Shown: positions 37,125 to 46,998, counted from the first letter of the stretch. The stretch: DNA of 64,000 nucleotides from Patescibacteria group bacterium (GCA_030916895.1 JAUPVR010000001.1:1887-65886), one strand, 5' to 3'. Notes: generated by a model from the sequence alone, not told the origin. A program made the numbers and translations.

Positions 37125-38057
37125 ATGGCAAAAAAAACAACACTTGTACGACGTATCGTTTCTGCTGGGTTTACTGGTTTTTACCGTAACCGTACCGTTT
37201 CCCTTTCTTCTATTTTTATATTAACGGTAACGCTCTCCATTATTGCCTCGTTTTATTTTTTCCAAGCAATTTTTAACTATACCCTTGATCAGGTACGTGA
37301 GAAAGTTGATGTACGTGTTTACTTTACTGTTGATGCAACAGAAGAACAAATTTCAACAGTACGAGCAAAACTTCTCGCACTTCCACAAGTAAAGGCGGTT
37401 GCCTATATGTCACGCGACCAAGCACTTGTTGAGTTTAAGCAAAAGCATGAAGGCGATCAACTGACACTTCAAGCACTAGATGAGCTTGGAACGAATCCTT
37501 TTGGTGCATCTCTTTCAGTTCTTGCACAAGACACTTCCCAATATGAAGTTATTGCTGATGCTCTTAAACAAGGCACCGGACTTTTGGGAGATAACGCAGA
37601 AGCTATTGATAAAATTAATTACTATCAACTGAAGGACAGTATTGATAAGTTAAACAATATTATAGGTTGGACAAATACGGTAGGTTTTTGGCTCTCCATC
37701 ATTTTCGTAACGATGAGTTGTATGATTGTGTATAACACGATTCGCCTTGCAATTTTTGTGTATCGTGATGAAATTGCCGTGATGAAATTAGTTGGCGCAT
37801 CAAACATGTTTATCCGGGGTCCGTTCATTGTTGAGGCGATGCTCTATGGTATTGTCGCAACACTCCTTACCATGGCGATGTTCTGGCCAGCAACAGTGTG
37901 GGTAACAAAGAAAACAGTTTTCTTTTTTGAAGGAATGAATTTGCATGCATATTATCTTGCTCACTTTTTTGAGCTCGCAGGATTTCTCCTTGTTGCGGGT
38001 TCAGGACTTGCAATTATTTCATCGCTTTTGGCGGTAAGAAAATATTTGAAGGTATAA
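37125..38057 (+). CDS. ftsX: cell-division permease
   Basis: FtsX topology (TM1, large periplasmic loop, 3 C-terminal TMs) immediately after ftsE. Confidence 0.8.
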   Translation: MAKKTTLVRRIVSAGFTGFYRNRTVSLSSIFILTVTLSIIASFYFFQAIFNYTLDQVREKVDVRVYFTVDATEEQISTVRAKLLALPQVKAVAYMSRDQALVEFKQKHEGDQLTLQALDELGTNPFGASLSVLAQDTSQYEVIADALKQGTGLLGDNAEAIDKINYYQLKDSIDKLNNIIGWTNTVGFWLSIIFVTMSCMIVYNTIRLAIFVYRDEIAVMKLVGASNMFIRGPFIVEAMLYGIVATLLTMAMFWPATVWVTKKTVFFFEGMNLHAYYLAHFFELAGFLLVAGSGLAIISSLLAVRKYLKV

Positions 38058-38109
38058 CAAAAAAACACACGCCTACAGCGTGCGTTTTTTTGTTATACTA
38101 CCCTTCACC

Positions 38110-39753
38110 ATGACGCAACAAGATGCGCTCTCCATTTTAAAATTAGGTCACACAACATTTCTCACCGGTGCCGCTGGTTCTGGTAAAAGTTATGTACTTC
38201 GCGAGTACATACAGTATTTGAAGGAGCACGGTATCGCTCACGCAGTAACTGCGTCAACAGGAATTGCCGCAACACATATTCACGGCATGACGATTCACTC
38301 ATGGAGTGGAATTGGTGTAAAAGAAACGCTTTCAGAACAAGACATCGAATCAATTGAGGAGAAACAAAATCTCTACAAACGATACACAAACACACACGTG
38401 CTTATCATTGATGAAGTGTCGATGCTTCATGCAAATTTTTTAAATATGCTCAATCGAAGTTTGAAAACTGTTCGCCGAGATGACCGACCATTTGGAGGAC
38501 TTCAGGTGGTTTTTTGTGGAGATTTTTTTCAACTTCCACCGGTAGTGAAAAACACAGAATTCGATGAACAAATATTTGCATACACCGCCGAAGCCTGGAA
38601 GGAGGCCAAGCCGGTCATTTGTTACTTAACCGAACAACACAGACAAGATGATGATGTTTTGACACGTATCCTAAAAGCAATCCGAGAAGGCGATATTGAT
38701 GACGGCATTTGGGAAGAGCTCCAGCTCACATCATCAAAGAAGCACGCAAAAGATCACACTAAACTTTACACGCACAATGTTGATGTTGATGAAATTAATA
38801 GAAAAGAGTTTGAAAAAGTGAAAGGAGAGGAGCGTATGTACGCAATGACATCAACTGGACGCGCACCGCTTGTGGAGTCGCTTAAGAAAAACTGTCTTGC
38901 AGAAGAATCGCTTCGCTTGAAAGTTGGTGCGAAAGTCATGTGTATCAAGAATGATCCCGAAAGAAAATTTTCGAATGGTTCACTCGGTGTTGTGGTTGGG
39001 TTTGATGACGAAAATGCTCCGATGGTAGAACTTGTATCTGGGAAAACCATACGTATTTTGGCAGATTCGTGGCGTATTGAAGAAGACGGAAAGGTGCGCG
39101 CTGAAATAAGTCAGATTCCACTTAAGCTCGCATGGGCAATTACGATACACAAATCTCAAGGGATGACACTTGATCAAGCATCTATTGATTTATCAAAAGC
39201 GTTTGCGTACGGCATGGGGTATGTTGCGCTCTCGCGATTAAAATCAATCGAAGGGCTGAACCTTGTTGGGATGAACCCACAAGCACTCTTGGTTGATGAA
39301 ACTGTGCGTGAATATGACAAGACATGTATGTATGCCTCTGATAAAGCAAGTGAGGCATTGAAAAAATATAATGCTGATAAGTTACGATCACTTCACGAGG
39401 AATTTATCAATAGGTGTGGTGGACACACTGAAGCGTACGTTGATGAAGAGGAGGAAAAGTCCGATACGTTAACAAAAACACAAGAGCTCTTGAAAGAAAA
39501 AAAGACAATCAGAGAAATTGCATCAATTCGCGCTCTCACTGAGGACACAATTCTTGGTCATATTGAAAAATTGCTTGAACGAGGGGACAAGGTTGAGATA
39601 AAACATTGCCTACCATCAAAAAAAGTCACGAAAGAAATCGAAGACGCATTTGTAAAAGCAAAAACAACAAAACTCATGCCGGTACACGGGTTGCTTAAAG
39701 GGAAATATAATTTTCACACAATTCGTCTGGTGCGTGCGGGGATGAAAAAGTAA
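38110..39753 (+). CDS. Pif1/RecD-family ATP-dependent DNA helicase with C-terminal HTH
   Basis: Walker A GAAGSGKS, LIIDEVSM, Pif1-like motifs. Confidence 0.7.
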   Translation: MTQQDALSILKLGHTTFLTGAAGSGKSYVLREYIQYLKEHGIAHAVTASTGIAATHIHGMTIHSWSGIGVKETLSEQDIESIEEKQNLYKRYTNTHVLIIDEVSMLHANFLNMLNRSLKTVRRDDRPFGGLQVVFCGDFFQLPPVVKNTEFDEQIFAYTAEAWKEAKPVICYLTEQHRQDDDVLTRILKAIREGDIDDGIWEELQLTSSKKHAKDHTKLYTHNVDVDEINRKEFEKVKGEERMYAMTSTGRAPLVESLKKNCLAEESLRLKVGAKVMCIKNDPERKFSNGSLGVVVGFDDENAPMVELVSGKTIRILADSWRIEEDGKVRAEISQIPLKLAWAITIHKSQGMTLDQASIDLSKAFAYGMGYVALSRLKSIEGLNLVGMNPQALLVDETVREYDKTCMYASDKASEALKKYNADKLRSLHEEFINRCGGHTEAYVDEEEEKSDTLTKTQELLKEKKTIREIASIRALTEDTILGHIEKLLERGDKVEIKHCLPSKKVTKEIEDAFVKAKTTKLMPVHGLLKGKYNFHTIRLVRAGMKK

Positions 39754-39925
39754 CAAGTTTTCTAACTCTTGACATTTTTCATATTTTCAGTTATTATAAT
39801 GACAGGAGCTCTTGGGAGCGTGTTATTAGTTACATTTTTTGGTAACATGACTCGGCCTCACTTCTATAAGTTTTTAAGATCCACTTTCCCACAAACCGCA
39901 ATGTCTTCATAGGAGATTTGCAGGT

Positions 39926-40111
39926 ATGCCAACCACCAACACCCCCTCCCTGTGGCACGACCGCGTCGCGGACGATCACAACGGTCACCAGGGCTGTGGC
40001 ATTACGCCCGAACACACGCAGGAGGCGCTCGAGCAGACACGGCACGGCGATGTGTCGTCCGCCGAATGCGAGTTCGTGACCTGCATCATCAACAACAACG
40101 GCCCGATCTAG
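39926..40111 (+). CDS. small (61 aa) hypothetical protein in a GC-rich island
   Basis: SD aggaga 9 nt upstream, terminator downstream; I counted about 63% GC across the ORF; strongly GC3-biased codons. Confidence 0.45.
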   Translation: MPTTNTPSLWHDRVADDHNGHQGCGITPEHTQEALEQTRHGDVSSAECEFVTCIINNNGPI

Positions 40112-40136
40112 GTGTCGTTCGACCACCAGGTCTCAA

Positions 40137-40170
40137 AAAAACCGCCCGTCCTAGGATTGGCGGTTTTCTA
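40137..40170 (+). terminator. intrinsic terminator
   Basis: aaaaccgcc cgtcctaggatt ggcggtttt. Confidence 0.7.
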
Positions 40171-40722
40171 ATTTGTTTTAATGATAAGTTTTGGCCACTT
40201 CTTTTCCCATTCTTTACTTTTTATTCTTTCCCAAAATAATTCCAAGTTATTTGTTTGAGAGAGGGTTGGTCTTACAACAAGATTAACGAGGTCGTCAATT
40301 CCATGCGGAGCAAAAAGTTTTAATGTGCCATTTTCTTCTAAACGCACCGCGACACATGTTGGTATTTCTACCCATTCCGCTAATGCCTCCTCTGTATTTT
40401 TATAGGGCTTTGTTTTGTTGTGTTTGAGATGCATTCGCGCTTGGTTTTTTACCGACCAGTTGATATTTAATTTTTCTTGAAGCAAGCGATTGAGTAGTTC
40501 TTCTTTTTCTTCTGAAACATCGGTAGGGTCGTAAAAAATTAAGTCAATATCAGCGGTCGGAACTTCCTTGTTGTTGTATCCGTGTAAAAAATCCCACACT
40601 TTATTTCTAACAAAACCAGCACCAATCATCCAATCGGGGAGGGCTACGCTTTTTGCAACAGAAAGGACATTCATCATCCACGGGTCATTTTCAATAAGCT
40701 TCAAAATATCTTTTTCATTCAT
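40168..40722 (-). CDS. nucleotidyltransferase-family protein (NTP_transf_6-like)
   Basis: GAGFVRNKVWD ... DIDLIFYD pattern. Confidence 0.5.
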   Translation of the reverse strand: MNEKDILKLIENDPWMMNVLSVAKSVALPDWMIGAGFVRNKVWDFLHGYNNKEVPTADIDLIFYDPTDVSEEKEELLNRLLQEKLNINWSVKNQARMHLKHNKTKPYKNTEEALAEWVEIPTCVAVRLEENGTLKLFAPHGIDDLVNLVVRPTLSQTNNLELFWERIKSKEWEKKWPKLIIKTN

Positions 40723-41414
40723 ATCATCAAATCTTCAGGCGCGGTAACTTGTTTCCAATATGTTGCACGCACCGCTTTCCATGTCACACCGTTTTGTATG
40801 AGCAGAGAAATGGTTGGAGGAATTTGTATTTCCCCATCAGCACCAACAAGTGGTTGTACGCTAAAATATTTTTTCGGAGAAATAACATACGCTCCGGCGT
40901 TGATGATACCGGTACACAATTCTTCCCTTGGAACTTTTTCATAAAACTCTGCAAGGTTTCCGTTCTCGATGCGCACTTGCCAAAAAGCGCCAAATTTCTT
41001 TTCACCTTCATGTGAGAGGAGGATTGCATTTTCGTACGTGCATAACTCTTCCAAATCTTCTTTCGCATAGATGTCATCACCCATGAGTACAAGAAAAGAT
41101 GTCTCTTTGTCGATGTACTCTTGTGCAAGCGTAAGTGCTGCACCTGTTCCGTATGCTTTTTCAATGTCTTGCACAACGTACGTGATTTCTTTTCCTTCAT
41201 ACATGTTTCCAATGTGTTCGCGAATCATGTCGCCCAAGTATCCTACAATGAGTATCACTTTTGTGATACTTTTTGGGAGCGCATGCAACTTGATTTCAAG
41301 AAGAGTCTGTCCGTTTGAAAGGGGAAGAAGGGGTTTTGGGCAGTTTTCGGTGAGCGCTCCCATTCTTGTGCCACGTCCAGCACACAAGATGACCGCAGTT
41401 TTGGGTTGGTTCAT
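40719..41414 (-). CDS. sugar-phosphate nucleotidyltransferase
   Basis: AVILCAGRGTRMG ... KPLLP N-terminal signature. Confidence 0.75.
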   Translation of the reverse strand: MNQPKTAVILCAGRGTRMGALTENCPKPLLPLSNGQTLLEIKLHALPKSITKVILIVGYLGDMIREHIGNMYEGKEITYVVQDIEKAYGTGAALTLAQEYIDKETSFLVLMGDDIYAKEDLEELCTYENAILLSHEGEKKFGAFWQVRIENGNLAEFYEKVPREELCTGIINAGAYVISPKKYFSVQPLVGADGEIQIPPTISLLIQNGVTWKAVRATYWKQVTAPEDLMI

Positions 41415-41566
41415 ATAAAGTCCATTTTATCATGGTATTTTACCAGAGTCTGTTTTTTTGTGACACACATTATCAAATCCTGCTTTATATTGACTTTATG
41501 CTTAATTTATGGTATAATAGAGGATGCATTAGTACCCCAAAAAGGTACAGTTTGTGCAACAAACGT

Positions 41567-42406
41567 ATGTCAAACGAAAAAAAATCTATACTCTTTCTCG
41601 CCATAATTTGTGGCACCATCTTTTTTCTTTCGTACAAGAATGCGTCTTCTATTGTTGTTGCAAAAATACTCCCACAAACAGAAACCGTTTTGAATGTGTC
41701 TTCAAATCAAAATATTTCTTCACAAAAACAAGAAACGTATGAATATCTAGAAATCACAGAAAGCTGTGGCCCAGATTTTGAAGGACACTGCATCCCTGTA
41801 TATGCGGGCCCAGGAGCAGAATATAAAAAAGTAGCTGAACTTCGTGCGGGCCAAGTTTTTAAAATTAAAAGTACCGAAAACAGAAATGGTCAGGTGTGGC
41901 ACCAAGTGTATTTTGATGAATGGCTCAGATATCCAGATCGCGTAGAAGGGGATTGGTACATACCCGCAGTTGCTGGACGTGTTGTTGTTTCTTCTGATGA
42001 AGAGATGCTTTCATCCTCAACACCCCAAACGAACAAAAGAATCATTGTTGATCTTTCTGATCACATGATTTACGCATACGATGGGGACAAACAATTTTTA
42101 GCAACAAAAGTAGCAACAGGAATTGGTAGCACACCTACGCCTACGGGTACATTTACGGTATACAAAAAAATGCCAAGTAGATACATGCAAGGTCCACTTC
42201 CTGGGGTGTCGGATGTTCCATTTGATTTACCCGGTGTTCCATGGAATTTATATTTTACAGAAGACGGTGCAGTTATTCACGGAGCATACTGGCATGACCG
42301 TTACGGCACCAACCAATCAAATGGATGTATCAACCTTCCGCCAGAACTTGCAAAGATTGTGTATGATTGGGCTTCGGTTGGAACGAAAGTAATTATACAG
42401 AGGTAA
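41567..42406 (+). CDS. L,D-transpeptidase (YkuD domain) with N-terminal anchor
   Basis: C-terminal HG...SNGCINL catalytic motif; start taken at MSNEKK. Confidence 0.75.
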   Translation: MSNEKKSILFLAIICGTIFFLSYKNASSIVVAKILPQTETVLNVSSNQNISSQKQETYEYLEITESCGPDFEGHCIPVYAGPGAEYKKVAELRAGQVFKIKSTENRNGQVWHQVYFDEWLRYPDRVEGDWYIPAVAGRVVVSSDEEMLSSSTPQTNKRIIVDLSDHMIYAYDGDKQFLATKVATGIGSTPTPTGTFTVYKKMPSRYMQGPLPGVSDVPFDLPGVPWNLYFTEDGAVIHGAYWHDRYGTNQSNGCINLPPELAKIVYDWASVGTKVIIQR

Positions 42407-42509
42407 ATTTGGCACGGGTGCTTAGGGGTTATAAATTTAATAACTTTTCAAAAACTAGTTAGCATGATAGGATGGTAAACGAAGTGTTTTAAGTAGAAAG
42501 GAGCTTGAA

Positions 42510-42734
42510 ATGGGACTCTTTGATCTTTTGTTCGGTACATGTACGTGTGAGTCGTCTTCCGAAAGTGACGGGGAATGGATAACATGTCCTAACTGTTCCG
42601 GTAGTGGCGACAGTGTTGCGACTTTGGGTGGCGAAGAAGGGAATGTTCCTGATTCATGGACTGTCTGTACTATGTGTGATGGTCATGGTCAAGTTAGTCG
42701 AGGTCGTCTGCGAAATTGGCGTAGAAAGCGTTAA
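42510..42734 (+). CDS. mini-protein with two DnaJ-type CxxCxGxG zinc-finger motifs
   Basis: CPNCSGSG and CTMCDGHG motifs, strong SD aaaggag, terminator follows. Confidence 0.55.
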   Translation: MGLFDLLFGTCTCESSSESDGEWITCPNCSGSGDSVATLGGEEGNVPDSWTVCTMCDGHGQVSRGRLRNWRRKR

Positions 42735-42767
42735 CTCTGTAATCTTTTCACAAATGAACCTCTATCC

Positions 42768-42802
42768 TCTGCATCCGTATGCGGGGGGTATTTATTTTTT
42801 GG
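42768..42802 (+). terminator. intrinsic terminator
   Basis: ctgcat ccgt atgcgg plus T-run. Confidence 0.6.
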
Positions 42803-42820
42803 CTGGGGTACAAGGGCTCG
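42803..42820. repeat. 18-nt copy of the tRNA-Gln 3' end (ctggggtacaagggctcg)
   Basis: Identical to 43010-43027 within the tRNA-Gln gene. Confidence 0.7.
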
Positions 42821-42844
42821 CCTCTCCCGTTGGTCGAGACTTGT

Positions 42845-42877
42845 ATTTTCTACAACCTGAGTACAAGCTAAGAAAAT
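42845..42877. repeat. hairpin repeat copy A (7-bp stem attttct/agaaaat, 19-nt loop containing tgagtaca)
   Basis: Paired by eye; homologous to copy B at 43179-43211. Confidence 0.55.
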
Positions 42878-43009
42878 ATGTCGCCTACGGTTCTCGCCCA
42901 TGCCTTGAAGCAATACAAAAAGGATGACACGAGGCCATCCTTTTTGTTGCAAATATATATGTACTTAATCTTGCTAGATTAAGTATCTTCGTCGCCTGCG
43001 CTCCTCGAG

Positions 43010-43080
43010 CTGGGGTACAAGGGCTCGAACCTCGATTAACAGTTCCAGAAACTGCTGTCCTACCATTAGACGATACCCCA
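43010..43080 (-). tRNA. tRNA-Gln (anticodon CTG)
   Basis: Minus strand: acceptor tggggta/tacccca, anticodon loop ttCTGga, T-loop ttcgagc, discriminator G. Confidence 0.8.
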
Positions 43081-43178
43081 ATATTATGTTTTTTATTTTC
43101 CCTTTATTTAACGTCTTGGGTTTGAGACGAATATCACCGGATGTCCTACTACATGCAACGAGTACGTTGCAGTACTGC

Positions 43179-43211
43179 GATTTCTACAGATTGAGTACAA
43201 TCTAAGAAATC
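43179..43211. repeat. hairpin repeat copy B (stem gatttct/agaaatc plus inner stem agatt/aatct, apex gagtac)
   Basis: Terminal base pair a-t in copy A becomes g-c in copy B, so the pairing is preserved. Confidence 0.55.
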
Positions 43212-43331
43212 GGGAGCATTAGACGAGCCAGCAGGCGAGTGGCTTGGCCCGATACCCCAGTATGGGTCATATTTTACAACAAAATTGACACTTTTTCAAT
43301 CCCTACCCCACAACGTGATACACTTTCTTTT

Positions 43332-43826
43332 ATGAAAAAATTCGATGGCACTATTCGCAAACTACAAGAACACGATGTAAGACAGGTTGAGGAAATATTC
43401 TCTCTCTATTGGGCAGACGGAGCACTTCGAAAAAAGTTTTCCGATAAGTTAGCCAGCTTCGTAAATAATGAACTAAAAGCAATTGAACAGAATCTTTTGT
43501 ACTTTGTCGCTGAACAAAATGGAGAAATTCTTGGTTCTCTTGGGTTTAGAAAAGCACCGGAACCGATGCTTTTATTTTCGACGATAAACAATGTCGCTGA
43601 ACTTTATATTCTTGCAGTAAAAAATCGTGGCATGGGAGTGGGTAGAGCATTAATCGAAAAAATGTTAGATGAATCTAGAAAACTTGGGTATACGGAAATT
43701 GTTTTGTTTAATAGTGATTTACATAACGAGGCGCGTGGGTTCTATGAGCGTCTTCATTTTAAAAGACTTGGCCCTATAATTGCATCAAACGGTGATCCTG
43801 GTGAAATTTGGGGTATCATCCTTTAA
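43332..43826 (+). CDS. GNAT-family N-acetyltransferase
   Basis: RGMGVGRALIE acetyl-CoA-binding motif; start taken at MKKFDG. Confidence 0.75.
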   Translation: MKKFDGTIRKLQEHDVRQVEEIFSLYWADGALRKKFSDKLASFVNNELKAIEQNLLYFVAEQNGEILGSLGFRKAPEPMLLFSTINNVAELYILAVKNRGMGVGRALIEKMLDESRKLGYTEIVLFNSDLHNEARGFYERLHFKRLGPIIASNGDPGEIWGIIL

Positions 43827-43918
43827 AAACAATTTAAGAATTCTTCATGGTACACTAATTTTATAAACACCACCAAACAAAGAGCAGTCTGCTTATTTGT
43901 GAAAAAAGACAAAAAAGT

Positions 43919-44866
43919 ATGAATCATTTTTCTTTGCAAACATCAGAACCTAAGCCATCTCAGTCATACAAGAAAGAATCTCAACCCTCGCTTGAAAAAC
44001 TAAAGAAAGTGATGTCGCGTATTTCCCAGGAAGTAAACGCAGAGGTTGCGAAAAAATACGGCGTGGAACAATTGGTTGATGACTCACTTCATATTGACCT
44101 TACACACTTTTCACGCAAGAAAGGGGGCATTTACAAAAAAGAAGATATTGATGCGGACAAGAAAAAAGTGGACGAACTAGATTTAAAGTACAGCGACGCG
44201 GAAGATGAAAAGGTGCAGAAGTTTTATAAAGAGAAGTACAAGTTAAACGTAAACGTTGGCTCTCCAGAAATCAAAAAAGAAATTCTTCCAATATTTCGCG
44301 AAAATAAGGAAGCAAATACGGCAAGTCAGGCGGAAATGGTTATCACCGCGCTTCTGCATAAAATTCTCAAAGAAAGATTTTTGGTTGTGCGCTCATCCGT
44401 GTTTGATGATTATACGAATGGGATAGATAATTTCATTCTCGACAAAGAAACAGGTGCGGTTATTTGTGCATTTGATGAAGTGATTGAAAATGATGGCGAC
44501 AAAGCTCGTGGCGAAAGTGGTAAAGCAGAAAAGGTGAAAAAAATTGCCATGAAAGGTGGAACAGAAGCAAAGTACGGTGTTTCGCTTGCGGATGGAAAAC
44601 TTGTACGAAACGCAGTGCAAAATATTCCTGTTTTTTATTTAACACTTGAAAGCAAAGATTTGAGCGAACTCACCAACGATCTTTTTTATAGCAAAGGTGA
44701 CACAAGAACAGAGGGAGAACAGAAACTCTTTTCTCATTTGGTGCACTCAATTAAAGAACAGAAGGGGGAACTCGAAGCACTCAACCTCCCACCTGTCATG
44801 AAAGAAAAACTTCAGAGTTTTGAAACTTCACTTACTGCTCTTGTTGGGTTTGCGGAAAGGAGGTAA
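43919..44866 (+). CDS. hypothetical Lys/Glu-rich protein, 315 aa
   Basis: No motif recognised. Confidence 0.45.
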   Translation: MNHFSLQTSEPKPSQSYKKESQPSLEKLKKVMSRISQEVNAEVAKKYGVEQLVDDSLHIDLTHFSRKKGGIYKKEDIDADKKKVDELDLKYSDAEDEKVQKFYKEKYKLNVNVGSPEIKKEILPIFRENKEANTASQAEMVITALLHKILKERFLVVRSSVFDDYTNGIDNFILDKETGAVICAFDEVIENDGDKARGESGKAEKVKKIAMKGGTEAKYGVSLADGKLVRNAVQNIPVFYLTLESKDLSELTNDLFYSKGDTRTEGEQKLFSHLVHSIKEQKGELEALNLPPVMKEKLQSFETSLTALVGFAERR

Positions 44867-44940
44867 GAGTTCCTTGTGCGCTAAGCTAACTAGTTGAAAT
44901 AAGACTAAACTACTCCCAGATATTTTGCTATAGTTAGTAC

Positions 44941-45237
44941 ATGATTAAAGCATACGTTGAATATATAAAAAATAATCCCAAAAAGCTCTGGTTTAAAAGA
45001 AAAATCTACGGATGGGGTTGGACACCTGCAACATGGCAGGGTTGGCTAACTATTTTCGTCTATGTGGTTCTCGTTTTAGTGTTCAGTCTAACTATTGATG
45101 AACAATCTCCACCAAGAGAGGTGGTCTTTACTTTTATTTTACCAATCACACTCCTAACCGCCACACTACTACGTATTTGTTATAAAAAAGGTGAGAAACC
45201 AAAGTGGCAATGGGGTTTTCCTAAAGAAGATAATTAA
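44941..45237 (+). CDS. small membrane protein, 98 aa
   Basis: One or two TM helices, W-rich. Confidence 0.4.
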   Translation: MIKAYVEYIKNNPKKLWFKRKIYGWGWTPATWQGWLTIFVYVVLVLVFSLTIDEQSPPREVVFTFILPITLLTATLLRICYKKGEKPKWQWGFPKEDN

Positions 45238-45307
45238 AGTCCTAATTTTACCCACCACATTAGTTTGTTTTTTCTTTTGTCCTCTAGAGGTGTACACTAA
45301 ACGTAGT

Positions 45308-45886
45308 ATGAAAATAAATCCACTTTTTAACGCCCTCGGCGCAGTAGTTTATATTTTGGCAGTTGTCGGCATTATTTCTGCGTTACAATCACCCAACACA
45401 CCGGATGCTGAAATACTTGCGCCAGTTTTTCTGCTCTCTCTTTTTACGCTTTCTGTTGCGGTTATGGCGTTCTTGTTTTTCTATCAACCATTCAAGTTGT
45501 ATTTCGACAACCACAAAAAAGAAGCAGTTGTGTACTTCATGAAGACGCTTGGTTATTTCGCCACCGTAGTACTCCTTTCTTTTTTTGCACTTCTTTATTT
45601 TCGTGCTGAAGACTCAATAACCTTTCCAAAAGGCGGAGAGAAGTTAGTACAAGGGCAGAGTTACGAACTTACCTGGACTGGAGGTCGCGAGGAGATAACA
45701 CAAATATTTTTAGTCGATGTGTCGCTTAAGGAAAAGAATACATCGGCAAGTATTGTAGATAGAATTTATGGAATCGAAAATTTTCACACATACACGTACA
45801 TTGTTCCTACGAACATAAAGCCCGGGACGTATCAATTCCAAATAGGAAGCCAATCAAGCCCAACGTTTGATATTGTTTCGAAATAA
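45308..45886 (+). CDS. membrane protein with extracellular beta-rich (Kre9/KNH-like) C-terminal domain
   Basis: 3 TM N-terminal module plus GQSYELTWTGG...YTYIVPTNIKPGTYQFQIGS; paralog of 47733..48032. Confidence 0.55.
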   Translation: MKINPLFNALGAVVYILAVVGIISALQSPNTPDAEILAPVFLLSLFTLSVAVMAFLFFYQPFKLYFDNHKKEAVVYFMKTLGYFATVVLLSFFALLYFRAEDSITFPKGGEKLVQGQSYELTWTGGREEITQIFLVDVSLKEKNTSASIVDRIYGIENFHTYTYIVPTNIKPGTYQFQIGSQSSPTFDIVSK

Positions 45887-45890
45887 TTTT

Positions 45891-46070
45891 ATGAATAAAA
45901 CTAAGATCTTTTTCTCACTTCTTGCGATAGGTTTTGGAGTGTTTATGGTTGTGTTTGGAGAAAGGGATGATAGTCCTGGAGCGCAATTTCTTGGACTTAT
46001 TGCAGTGGTTTCAGGTATTGTCGGTATTGTAAGGAGCAGAAAGAAAAGGTGGACACAACAGTCTGCGTGA
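45891..46070 (+). CDS. small membrane protein
   Basis: 2 TM helices, about 59 aa from MNKTKIFF. Confidence 0.35.
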   Translation: MNKTKIFFSLLAIGFGVFMVVFGERDDSPGAQFLGLIAVVSGIVGIVRSRKKRWTQQSA

Positions 46071-46112
46071 TAAACTAAAGGTGTTCCTCTTATATTATTT
46101 TATTTTCAAACC

Positions 46113-46523
46113 ATGAACATCGTAGCAATACTTGTGTCTGCAGGAGTTGCGTTTATTGTTGGGTTTTTATTACACGGTCCATTAGGTGGAAAAACATGGA
46201 TGCGTCTAGCAAACATTCGCCCAACAGGAAATGAAAAGTTTTCTGATATGGTTCCACAAATGATTTGGAATTATATTGCAAATGTGATTACCGCATTTGT
46301 TATGTCGGGAGTTTTGTGGATGGCATTCTCAACGGAAGCGATGGGTGAACTTGTTTGGTATAAAGGTCCGATTGTTGCATTTTGGATGTGGCTTGGTTTT
46401 CATATCACCGCAACTTCCATGGATGTGATTTGGATGAAGCGTTCGTGGAAACTTTGGGCGTATGATGGATTCTCAGCACTACTATCCCTTATGGCGATGG
46501 GCGCCGTACTTACTGCGTGGTAG
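46113..46523 (+). CDS. DUF1761-like membrane protein
   Basis: MNIVAILVSAGVAFIVGFLLHGPLGGKTWM pattern, 4 TM. Confidence 0.45.
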   Translation: MNIVAILVSAGVAFIVGFLLHGPLGGKTWMRLANIRPTGNEKFSDMVPQMIWNYIANVITAFVMSGVLWMAFSTEAMGELVWYKGPIVAFWMWLGFHITATSMDVIWMKRSWKLWAYDGFSALLSLMAMGAVLTAW

Positions 46524-46544
46524 CCTCAACAGAGGTCACTTCAC

Positions 46545-46988
46545 ATGAAAAAAATTATTAAACTTTTTCGTCCGGTTTTGATTTTTTGCATGAGGTCGTG
46601 GTGGTACATGACTAGACCAAAAACATCTGGCGCGAAGGTTGTCATTGTTTGTGGGGATGAGATCCTTTTAATTAAAACAACATACGGGTACGCTTACACA
46701 TTACCAGGTGGTGGCATTAAGAAAAATGAGACACCAGAAATGGCGGCAAAAAGAGAAACACAAGAGGAGGTTGGTATACAACTAGATTCAGTTTTTCCGC
46801 TTCCTCCTTTTGTAACACATGAAGAGTACAAAGAAGATACTGTTTATGGTTTTTATTCAGAAGTTGGAAATAAAGATTATAAACTAGACGCACTAGAAAT
46901 TGATTCTGCGGAGTGGTTCCCGGCGGACAATCTTCCCAAAACAGGATCCGTTACAGCTAAGATTTTAGAGTTATACAAAAATAAATAA
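46545..46988 (+). CDS. NUDIX hydrolase
   Basis: Nudix box GGGIKKNETPEMAAKRETQEEVG. Confidence 0.8.
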   Translation: MKKIIKLFRPVLIFCMRSWWYMTRPKTSGAKVVIVCGDEILLIKTTYGYAYTLPGGGIKKNETPEMAAKRETQEEVGIQLDSVFPLPPFVTHEEYKEDTVYGFYSEVGNKDYKLDALEIDSAEWFPADNLPKTGSVTAKILELYKNK

Positions 46989-46998
46989 ATTTTATAAA

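Noticed and set aside
39830-40126. 98-aa minus-strand ORF in the 39.9-40.1 kb GC island
   Set aside because: Starts with GTG inside the terminator hairpin and has no SD. The plus-strand 61-aa ORF has both SD and terminator.
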